Source: a virus. From it: a stretch of 64,000 nt of DNA. The position numbers and the translations under genes were made by a program. The notes beneath the pieces were generated by a model. That model ran no database searches and was not told the origin of the DNA. It saw nothing but the letters and a program-made list of their open reading frames with translations. Positions 45,974-54,025 of the stretch are shown here, piece by piece (within the stretch, counting starts at the first letter, position 1; the number at the start of each line of letters is the position of its first letter). The stretch is from IMG/VR virus record IMGVR_UViG_3300046724_000152, positions 1-64,000 of that record. One strand, given 5' to 3'.

Positions 45974-46812
45974 CGTATGCTCTGGCACATCCTGGCGATG
46001 TCCTGCTCCATGTTCGGCAGGGTAAAGCCGAACTTGCTCTCGACCCTGGTCAGGTCCAGCCTTGTGTCGAGCGGACGTGGAATCCGCCCTGGGATACCGA
46101 CCGACTCCACCGGTCGCAGCCCCTTCAGGCTGTGGCCGAGGCCGTTGGCCAACAGCGCGGCAAACTTGGCTTTCGACATGCCGCTGGAAGAACCGAGATT
46201 GAAGGTGCCGGTTCGTGGCGTGTTGGCCATGGCCACCAGCCGTTCCGCCAAGGTCTGAGCCCACAGCGGACTGAACATGGCATCGGTATAGACATTGAAC
46301 TCGACGCCTGACTTCAGCTTGCCGATCATGAAATCGGCCAGACTGCTCCTGGCCGGTGATCGCGCTGACCCATAGAAATTGGTCCGCACGATCAGGTGGT
46401 TCTGCACCTTGGCGGCGGCAAACTCGCCCATGAACTTGCTCATGCCGTACATATTGATGGGATTCTCGCTCTTGGAATGCTCGCGGTGCGGGCCGTTGCC
46501 GGAGTACACCATGTCGGTTGATATATAAATCAACCGGCAGTTCCCCGGCATGTGAGCAGCGATGTTCTCCACCATGCCGCAGTTGTAGAGTACCGCCTTG
46601 TTCGGATCCTTCTCGCACTCATCGATGTCGGTCAGCGCCGCAGCATGAACGATCATCTGCGGCGCTGTTTTTGCCATCCACGTCCTGACGCTGTCCCAGT
46701 CGGTCAGATCGCAACTGCTTCTGGCCAAGCCCTCGACAGTGCCAAGCCTGGAGAATGCCATCTTCAGGTACGGCCCCAGCAGCCCGGTGTCGCCCGTGAC
46801 CAGGATCCTCAT
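45961..46812 (-). CDS. RmlD-like NAD(P)-dependent sugar-nucleotide reductase
   Basis: ILVTGDTGLLG, HAAALTDID.CE, YISTDMVY, YGMSK. Confidence 0.85.
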   Translation of the reverse strand: MRILVTGDTGLLGPYLKMAFSRLGTVEGLARSSCDLTDWDSVRTWMAKTAPQMIVHAAALTDIDECEKDPNKAVLYNCGMVENIAAHMPGNCRLIYISTDMVYSGNGPHREHSKSENPINMYGMSKFMGEFAAAKVQNHLIVRTNFYGSARSPARSSLADFMIGKLKSGVEFNVYTDAMFSPLWAQTLAERLVAMANTPRTGTFNLGSSSGMSKAKFAALLANGLGHSLKGLRPVESVGIPGRIPRPLDTRLDLTRVESKFGFTLPNMEQDIARMCQSIRCTN

Positions 46813-46829
46813 GTCCGTGTCAGCTCCTG

Positions 46830-47036
46830 TTACTTGGCGAGGTGGGTCCAGATCTTGCCGATCCGGTTGTCGTACTTCTGGATGTGGTTGATGACGCGAC
46901 CGGATTCCCTGGGTGCCTCGCGAACGGCGATGGCCAACAGCTCCATCCACTTGTCGTTGTTCCTGACCCTGATCTTGGCCATCCGGTCGATCAGGCTGCG
47001 CTTGGTCTTCGGTAACTCTTTGCGCTTCGTTCTCAT
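46830..47036 (-). CDS. small basic hypothetical protein
   Basis: IRVRNNDKWMELLAIA...; ATGA overlap with pseB. Confidence 0.55.
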   Translation of the reverse strand: MRTKRKELPKTKRSLIDRMAKIRVRNNDKWMELLAIAVREAPRESGRVINHIQKYDNRIGKIWTHLAK

Positions 47037-47986
47037 AACATCCCTCTCAGTTGTTCGATGGTTAACCAATCGACATTAGTGTCGCTGGTGTAGCGCCATC
47101 CTGGAGGCACACGATTCTCGTAGTCTCTTTTTTTATGTCCAGGCTGGTCGATGCAGTAGAAGTTTGCGAAATCGGTTGTGTTCAGGCTTTCGTCTTCGGT
47201 GATCAGTGTCTCGTGGATTTTTTCTCCAGGTCTGATGCCGGTGTTGAATTCCAGAAATCCGTAATCGTCGCAAACAGCAACTGCAAGATCTCTGATTCTA
47301 ATCGATGGAATCTTCGGTATGAGAATCTTCGAGTGAATTCCGACACTAGCCAACTCCTCTGCGTAGAGGACCAGCTTAACGCTCTGATCCATGGTGATCC
47401 AGAACCGCGTCATTCTTTCATCGGTAACCTTGAGGACTTTGCCCTCCGCCTTTCGCTTCTTAAATAATGGAAGAACAGAACCCCGCGAACCGGCAACATT
47501 GCCATATCGCACAACATTGTAATGGCACCCGCCAGCGGCCAAGGCATTCGCTGCGACAAATATCTTTTCCGCTGCAAGCTTCGATGCACCATAAAGGTTG
47601 ATTGGATTAACGGCCTTATCTGTCGATAGTGCGACAACTCGCTGGACCTTAGCTCTGAGCGAAGCCTTAACCACATTCTCAGCCCCTGTGACATTGGTGG
47701 CGATGCATTCGGTTGGATTGTACTCGGCGGTCGGCACGATCTTCAGCGCGGCGGCATGGATCACGGTATCGATGCCACGCATTGCCATCTCCAGACGGTC
47801 GAGGTCGCGGACATCGCCAATGAAGAAGCGCAATCGCTCGTCGTTGAAGCTATGCGCCATCTCCTCCTGGGTATGTTCGCCCCTGGAGTAGATTGCGATT
47901 CGCTCGACACTCGGATCCTTGAGTATCCGACTGGCGAAGGCTTGGCCGAACGAGCCTGAGCCGCCAGTGATCAGGACGGATTTCAT
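47033..47986 (-). CDS. pseB: UDP-N-acetylglucosamine 4,6-dehydratase (inverting)
   Basis: ITGGSGSFG, FFIGDVRD, HAAALKIVPTAEYNP, STDKAVNPINLYGASK, RYGNVAGSRGSV, MTRFWIT, GIRPGEK. Confidence 0.92.
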   Translation of the reverse strand: MKSVLITGGSGSFGQAFASRILKDPSVERIAIYSRGEHTQEEMAHSFNDERLRFFIGDVRDLDRLEMAMRGIDTVIHAAALKIVPTAEYNPTECIATNVTGAENVVKASLRAKVQRVVALSTDKAVNPINLYGASKLAAEKIFVAANALAAGGCHYNVVRYGNVAGSRGSVLPLFKKRKAEGKVLKVTDERMTRFWITMDQSVKLVLYAEELASVGIHSKILIPKIPSIRIRDLAVAVCDDYGFLEFNTGIRPGEKIHETLITEDESLNTTDFANFYCIDQPGHKKRDYENRVPPGWRYTSDTNVDWLTIEQLRGML

Positions 47987-50019
47987 GCGGACTTTCTTAA
48001 GGATTGACCGGCGATAGTACCTTTGAGGCGACTCGACATGATGCCTTGCTGCAAGACATCATTGATTACATCCATGGTATGTTTATAGGCTCGACGGATG
48101 ATCTCGATCTCTGGATCTTTAATGGCGTAAGATACGCAATTAGCATTCAGGATCAGCACACCCATCCGCGCCATTTCCTGGGTGAACAGAGCCTGGATCT
48201 GTTCCTTGGTTGCGCCAAGGAAATCATGAACGTCCAGTTTCAGGAGCGGTGGCGAGCCACGAAACGCAATTGGACCAGAATAGTGTGATGTTCTTTCAAG
48301 TAGCGGTGCTTCAGATCGGATCTTCAATCCAACAGAGTATAGATGATCAAGGACGTTCTCCCGTTCCATCTTCTTGATAGTGGCGAGTGCAGCAGCCATC
48401 GACAGAGTGTCACCAAAGAAGGTGCCGGAGAAGAACACGCCGAGGTGGCCGTTCAGCATCTTCATGATCCCGGCATCACCGACCAGAGCCGAGATCGGCA
48501 TTCCGTTGGCCATCGACTTGCCGAAGCAAGCAAGATCGGGTGTGACACCAAAATACTCCTGACCACCGCCCATGGCGTAACGGAAGCCAGTCTGGATCTC
48601 ATCGAAGATCAGAATGATTTCGTTCCTGGTACACCATGACCGTAATGCCTGGAGGTATTCCCTGTCGTGGGTTGGCTCGACAATGACGGCGGCGACATCG
48701 CTCCAGTCTTCGCCCCAGTCTCTTAATTCATCGAGATCACCGTATTCGATCTTGTGTGACAGATTGGTTACGGATTCTGGAATTCCTTTGTTCTTTCCTT
48801 CCAGTGTTGAGGCTGACCAATCAGCCCAGCCATGGTAGGATCCGATTAGAATATGATCCCGTTCGGTGTAGGCCCTGGCCAGCCTGACTGCCGCCGATGT
48901 CACATCGGTACCGGACTTGCCGAACTGGACCTTATCGGCACAAGGAATCAGGTCGCACAGCTTCTCGCTTAACTCACATTCAAGCTTGGTGGCCAGACTG
49001 AAGCTCATGCCGCAGTTCAGTTGCCGCCGCACCGCCTCATCAACGTCAGGATCGCGGTAACCTAGGACAACAGGAAGTAGAGCATTAACAAGATCAACAT
49101 AGTCGTTCCCATCAACATCAAAAATCCTCGCACCATCGCCATGAGAGGCGAATAGTGGAGCCCCGCCCCTGGGATACCAAAGAGCAGACTTCGAGTATGT
49201 TTGGGACCCAAGGGGAATTGTCCTGGTGGCTCGTACCAGCAGCTCATCTGACCGTTGATATGTTCGTTCTGGTAATCGTTCTCCAGCGAGGTCCTGGTAG
49301 AACCGCTCATTTCGAATGGCTCCAGCATTGATTTGCCTCAGGTGTGGGTTGTCATCGAGGATCCGCATGATATGCATGCATGTCGGCGGGAAAGCCAGCG
49401 GCAGTTGCTTGGCGATTTCCTTGCACAGCTCGTAGTCTTCCTTGGTGTCGAGGACCCATCGCTCCTTGTGTGCCCCAGGAAACGGGCAAATCAGGTATTC
49501 CTGGGAGAACCGATCCCGGTTGCGGATGATCCACTGTGTCACACAGTCCCGATCTGTCTTCCTGGTGGTCTCTCTCCAGGCTGTTTCCAGCGCATCGAAG
49601 GTGAGACACTCGACATCCAATCCGTCTGGCCATGTCGGCTGGTTGGAACAGTACGAAGCACCCGTCGTCTTTTGTAGTTGGACGACCTGTCCGACCACAT
49701 AAGGGTCGAGGAACGGACAATCACAGGTGATTCGCAGGATAATGTCGGCTTTATAGTCTTTCGCACATTGATAATAGCGGTTCAGCACATCCTTTTCTGA
49801 GCCACGGAAGCAATCGATGCGGTTCTGTCTGCAATCCTTGGCTAGAACATCATCGGATTCCAGCGTGGTGGTGGCGATCACCACCTGATTGACTCCTGGA
49901 GAGTTGACTAACGCCCGCCAGACCCAGCGATACACCGGCATGCCTCCGAGTGGAGCCATCACCTTGCCAGGGAACCGCGTCGAGCCCATCCTAGCCTGGG
50001 CAATCGCAACGACTTTCAT
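47983..50019 (-). CDS. fusion: SpsF/PseF-type cytidylyltransferase plus class III aminotransferase
   Basis: QARMGSTRFPGKV, FRGSEKDVLNRY, RITCDCP; then DVDGNDYVD, FDEIQTGFR, PDLACFGKSMANGMP. Confidence 0.9.
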   Translation of the reverse strand: MKVVAIAQARMGSTRFPGKVMAPLGGMPVYRWVWRALVNSPGVNQVVIATTTLESDDVLAKDCRQNRIDCFRGSEKDVLNRYYQCAKDYKADIILRITCDCPFLDPYVVGQVVQLQKTTGASYCSNQPTWPDGLDVECLTFDALETAWRETTRKTDRDCVTQWIIRNRDRFSQEYLICPFPGAHKERWVLDTKEDYELCKEIAKQLPLAFPPTCMHIMRILDDNPHLRQINAGAIRNERFYQDLAGERLPERTYQRSDELLVRATRTIPLGSQTYSKSALWYPRGGAPLFASHGDGARIFDVDGNDYVDLVNALLPVVLGYRDPDVDEAVRRQLNCGMSFSLATKLECELSEKLCDLIPCADKVQFGKSGTDVTSAAVRLARAYTERDHILIGSYHGWADWSASTLEGKNKGIPESVTNLSHKIEYGDLDELRDWGEDWSDVAAVIVEPTHDREYLQALRSWCTRNEIILIFDEIQTGFRYAMGGGQEYFGVTPDLACFGKSMANGMPISALVGDAGIMKMLNGHLGVFFSGTFFGDTLSMAAALATIKKMERENVLDHLYSVGLKIRSEAPLLERTSHYSGPIAFRGSPPLLKLDVHDFLGATKEQIQALFTQEMARMGVLILNANCVSYAIKDPEIEIIRRAYKHTMDVINDVLQQGIMSSRLKGTIAGQSLRKSA

Positions 50020-50915
50020 TCCAGTCCCGCCTGTTTACGAACCTCAAGACAGATTTTGAGAACCTCAAGACCTTCTTCACCGGTACAGCCGATGGTTTCT
50101 TTGCCATCGATGCGGTCCAGGAATGCCTGCATTTCTTCAACATAATTTTCGTTCCAGGTGTCGAAGCCTTGATAACTATCAATAGGTCGCTCAATACCGA
50201 AGACGGCACCATTCCTATTCACAAGGTCACAGGAGATGCGACCATTATCACCAATGATGGTGAAGAACCTTAATTCCGGTCTTGTAACGTAATCCAGATG
50301 AACCGTAGTTCGACATCCTATGTCATGCGTTAAGAGAATATCCGATATATCGTCCTTGCCATTAGTGAGGCAAGTCGATGAGCCAGCAACGATAGCAGGG
50401 CCAAGAAGGTAAAGAGCAAGATCCAACTCATGGCTCCAATTGAGAATAACACCATCGCGTAGATAATGAGGTCGGTCGTTGTATTGACCGAGTGTAAAAT
50501 TGGCCCAGATTGGCTTTCCAATAATCCCAGCACCTAACCACTCCTTGGCTTTCTTGACGCAGCTATGGTAGCGGAGATTGTAGCCAACCATTGCTCTTTG
50601 GTTAAACGAGCTTGGCTCAACTATCGCCGGTAGAAGTATGTCGTATTCTTGTTGTGTGGTGGCGATTGGTTTCTCAATTAATATCGGTTTTGGATGTGTC
50701 ACTATAATATGTTTATAGTGCTGATCTGTCGGGCTGGCGATGACGAATGCATCCAAATTTATCAGCCTTGATTCCGGCCATAGCCTCCAGAAGGAAGGGA
50801 AATCCTCTGCGGCCACCTCGGGATCAAAACCAACAACATTATGGCCCATAGCCATGAGATTCTTGGCATGCCTCATGCCGATACTGCCAAGCCCAATCAC
50901 ACCGACTGTTTTCAT
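50016..50915 (-). CDS. Gfo/Idh/MocA oxidoreductase
   Basis: GLGSIGMRH, IEKP, VGYNLRY, SHELD. Confidence 0.88.
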   Translation of the reverse strand: MKTVGVIGLGSIGMRHAKNLMAMGHNVVGFDPEVAAEDFPSFWRLWPESRLINLDAFVIASPTDQHYKHIIVTHPKPILIEKPIATTQQEYDILLPAIVEPSSFNQRAMVGYNLRYHSCVKKAKEWLGAGIIGKPIWANFTLGQYNDRPHYLRDGVILNWSHELDLALYLLGPAIVAGSSTCLTNGKDDISDILLTHDIGCRTTVHLDYVTRPELRFFTIIGDNGRISCDLVNRNGAVFGIERPIDSYQGFDTWNENYVEEMQAFLDRIDGKETIGCTGEEGLEVLKICLEVRKQAGLE

Positions 50916-51064
50916 TTAGGCACACAATAGAGGTATTTCCATTTATCTTTATGAAGAGTCTCCATTGCGGCGCGACATGATTGCTCCGAATTAAACTCAA
51001 TAGAGTAAGGTACATATCCGCTATAAACAGCAACAAACATTATCAAGATCCATGGTGTCATCAT
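50912..51064 (-). CDS. small secreted/membrane peptide
   Basis: WILIMFVAV...EFNSEQSCRAA...CVPK; coupled overlaps. Confidence 0.55.
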   Translation of the reverse strand: MMTPWILIMFVAVYSGYVPYSIEFNSEQSCRAAMETLHKDKWKYLYCVPK

Positions 51065-51666
51065 TTCTTCTCCGGGAATGCGTTTTTGAGATCCTTCTTG
51101 AGGATCGTAACGCTGGTTTCGTTTTGAATGGTTCGCCCATAGAGCGAATAGCCGGGATGGCTGAGCCACAGATTGGCAAAGTCGTAGTGATACGAGAACA
51201 GCCCAGGCTTATGCTTGTAGGGGACTCGGTGTGCAGCGGCTGGCGTGAAGTCATGGACGATGAGAAATCCACCATCCTGTAGAACCTGATCTCCCTCGAA
51301 TGCGATTTCGAAATAGTCCTCGGGGTCACAGAGATAGAGACACCATCCGTAGATCAGAAGATCTGCCAAGTTTGGTGAGAAATGATGCGAGAGCTTGTCT
51401 GCGGTGCCAGCCCAGACCTGGACCTTGGATTGTCCTCTGGTCGAGATATAACACGGATCAATCCCCTCGACCTCACAGTCGTATCTCTGTTCGATGATGG
51501 CGAGCCGCCAGCCATTGGAACAGCCAATCTCAACCGCTCTCTTTGGTTTGATGTTGTATACCTCAAGCGCTTGCAGGACCGGATCGTTCTTTCCGGTCAG
51601 CTTGGCTTCATTGCGCTTCAGCCATTCGGCTCCCTCGCCAAGGGCGAAGACTCTAGATTGCTTCAT
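51061..51666 (-). CDS. class I SAM-dependent methyltransferase
   Basis: VEIGCSNGWRL, GIDP, GWCLYLCD, GGFLIVHDF. Confidence 0.85.
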   Translation of the reverse strand: MKQSRVFALGEGAEWLKRNEAKLTGKNDPVLQALEVYNIKPKRAVEIGCSNGWRLAIIEQRYDCEVEGIDPCYISTRGQSKVQVWAGTADKLSHHFSPNLADLLIYGWCLYLCDPEDYFEIAFEGDQVLQDGGFLIVHDFTPAAAHRVPYKHKPGLFSYHYDFANLWLSHPGYSLYGRTIQNETSVTILKKDLKNAFPEKK

Positions 51667-52178
51667 GGTGCGAATTTTCCAAAGGTCCACATGCTCATCG
51701 GCTGACCGTCAAACAGGAAATGACCGGGAACGACTGCCTCTTGGCTCATTCCATACTCGGTGCAAATTTTGATCATTTTGACGTTTGCTACCATGCAGCC
51801 CGCCTCGATTTTTCTGATTTGCTTTCTGGCAAACAGATAATCACAGACCGCCTTCCAGGCTTCGTAGCCATAGCCGTTGCCCCACTGGGTCCTGTCTCCG
51901 ATCATGATGGCGACATTGGCGAGGTTGTTTTTGTCGTCCACATTGACTGATATCGATCCAATCGCGGCATAGGATGTCAGCAACCGAATCGTATTGGTGC
52001 TGTTAGGTTCCACGGTCGCGGCGGAGTACCAATAATCAAGTTGGGTGTCCGCTGAGTGGGTGTAGTGCCGGTGTTCCGAGTATTTGACGACCTCTGGATC
52101 GTTCAGCCATTCCGCAAATTGCGGTGCATCCGAAGTGTGGACCGGACCAATCTCTAGACGTGGAGATTTCAGAATCAT
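51663..52178 (-). CDS. RimJ/RimL-type GNAT N-acetyltransferase (PseH-like)
   Basis: WLNDPEVVKY, IMIGDRTQWGNGYGYEAW, RKIEAG. Confidence 0.8.
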   Translation of the reverse strand: MILKSPRLEIGPVHTSDAPQFAEWLNDPEVVKYSEHRHYTHSADTQLDYWYSAATVEPNSTNTIRLLTSYAAIGSISVNVDDKNNLANVAIMIGDRTQWGNGYGYEAWKAVCDYLFARKQIRKIEAGCMVANVKMIKICTEYGMSQEAVVPGHFLFDGQPMSMWTFGKFAP

Positions 52179-52339
52179 TTCTTTTTTACCGTTGCTTTGA
52201 TGTGTCTGACCACCTCCAGAAGCTGCTGTGCCAGGAACAGGATCTCCGGAGACTCGGCGGAGCGGCCACCCCAGCGGGTGAGGTAATCCACCTTGTTTGT
52301 TAGTTGTCTCTCAAGCTCGATGGCCTCGTCCTTGGTCAT
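52175..52339 (-). CDS. small hypothetical protein, first gene of the leftward sugar operon
   Basis: SD GAGGAGG, MTKDEAIELE..., ATGA overlap. Confidence 0.6.
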   Translation of the reverse strand: MTKDEAIELERQLTNKVDYLTRWGGRSAESPEILFLAQQLLEVVRHIKATVKKK

Positions 52340-52362
52340 GGTACCTCCTCGATCATGGGTAG

Positions 52363-52373
52363 CCCAATTTGGG
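52363..52373. promoter_or_regulatory. CCC-N5-GGG operator-like site between the sugar operon and terL
   Basis: CCCAATTTGGG is the exact reverse complement of 21863-21873. Confidence 0.5.
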
Positions 52374-52432
52374 TTTGATTGCCCACAACTATCTCGCACC
52401 CTATAGTTCGCTATCCACAGGTCCGTGCTTTC

Positions 52433-54025
52433 ATGATCCTCAACAAGATGGCCAAGGCTGCTACGCAGATTGCCAAGTTGAAGGAGCGTGATGTCTATGA
52501 AGGCACCCTGATCGAGTTTGCCGAATACGTCTGGCCGGTGGTGGAACCTGCGATTCCCTTCATCCGTGGCTGGGCCATCGAGGCGATTGCCGAGCATCTC
52601 CAGGCTGTTACCGATGGCTACATCAAGCGGCTGTTGATGAACGTGCCGCCGGGATTCACCAAGTCCCTGATGACCGATGTGTTCTGGCCCGCCTACGAGT
52701 GGGGTCCCAAGAACATGCCGTGGCTGCGGTATGTCTGCGCTTCCTACTCCAACCACCTGACCGAACGAGACAACATGCGATGCCGCAACATCGTGATCTC
52801 GGATCGCTATCAGCGGATGTGGGGCTCCCGGTTCAAGATCTCCAACGAGCAGTTCACCAAGATCAAGTTCGCCAACGACCATACCGGGTGGAAGCTGGCG
52901 ACCTCGGTGGGCGGCATCGGCGTCGGCGAGCGGGGGGATCGGTTCATCATTGACGACCCGAACAACACCATGGACATGGAGTCCGAACAGGTCCGGGACA
53001 CCACCAACCTGTGGTTTACCGAGGTCGTTCCCGACCGCCTGAACAACCCCCAGGAAAGCGCAATTGTCATTATACAACAAAGGCTTCATGAGGATGATGT
53101 GAGCGGAATCGCGCTGTCTCGGGAGATGGGATACACCCACCTGATGATCCCGATGGAGCATGACACATCAAGGCATTGTGTGACTGTTTTGGGGCTAAAT
53201 GATGATAATAGCCCCAAGACCTGGGAGGATCCACGGAAAGAAGACGGCGAGCTGGCTTGGCCGGAGCGGTTTACCCAGAAGGTTTGCGAAGATCTGGAGC
53301 GGGATAAGGGTCCCCACGCCTGGGCCGGTCAGTACATGCAGAGCCCGGAACCCCGTGGCGGGTCGATCATCAAGCGGGATTTCTGGCAGTTGTGGGAGGA
53401 AGACAAGTTTCCGGAGTTTGAGTACATCCTGGGGTCGGTGGACACCGCCTATACGGACAAAGAAGAGAACGATCCCAGTGCCTTGACCATCTGGGGTGTG
53501 TTCCGCGACATCAACAAGAACCCCAAGATGATGCTGATGTATGCTTGGCAGGAAAGATTACAGTTTCACGAGCTGCTTCAGAAGCTTATCGCCACCTGCA
53601 CCATCGGCATCGGACCCAAGAAGGGCCCCCAGTTCCGGGTGGACCGGCTGCTGATCGAGTCCAAGGCCAGCGGGCTGTCGGTTGTCCAGGAACTGCATCG
53701 CCTGATCCAGGCCACCGGCAAGATGGGTGTCGAGTCGAATTCTGTCAAAGGCGACAAATACGCCCGACTGCAATCGGTTCAGCATCTATTCTCCGATGGC
53801 ATGATCTATGCGCCTGACCGCTCCTTTGCCGACATGGTGATCGATCAGTGTGCGGTGTTTCCCAAGGGATCACGCGACGACTTGGTCGACTCGACCTCTC
53901 AGGCGCTGAAGTATCTGCGTGACACCGGCTTTGCATTGCGGCGCGAGGAATACTCTGTAGAAGCTCATGAGGAAATGCTGTACCGTGGTCCATCTTATAA
54001 CGCTCCGATTTACGGTAATTATTGA
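52433..54025 (+). CDS. terL: terminase large subunit
   Basis: NVPPGFTKS (Walker A), IIDDP (Walker B), QRLHEDD, nuclease SVDTAY, IESKASG, DDLVDSTSQAL. Confidence 0.95.
   Translation: MILNKMAKAATQIAKLKERDVYEGTLIEFAEYVWPVVEPAIPFIRGWAIEAIAEHLQAVTDGYIKRLLMNVPPGFTKSLMTDVFWPAYEWGPKNMPWLRYVCASYSNHLTERDNMRCRNIVISDRYQRMWGSRFKISNEQFTKIKFANDHTGWKLATSVGGIGVGERGDRFIIDDPNNTMDMESEQVRDTTNLWFTEVVPDRLNNPQESAIVIIQQRLHEDDVSGIALSREMGYTHLMIPMEHDTSRHCVTVLGLNDDNSPKTWEDPRKEDGELAWPERFTQKVCEDLERDKGPHAWAGQYMQSPEPRGGSIIKRDFWQLWEEDKFPEFEYILGSVDTAYTDKEENDPSALTIWGVFRDINKNPKMMLMYAWQERLQFHELLQKLIATCTIGIGPKKGPQFRVDRLLIESKASGLSVVQELHRLIQATGKMGVESNSVKGDKYARLQSVQHLFSDGMIYAPDRSFADMVIDQCAVFPKGSRDDLVDSTSQALKYLRDTGFALRREEYSVEAHEEMLYRGPSYNAPIYGNY

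Noticed and set aside
45974-46618. 591-aa version of the DegT aminotransferase
   Set aside because: The extra 215 codons overlap the RmlD-like gene in another frame; the recognisable protein starts near 45973.
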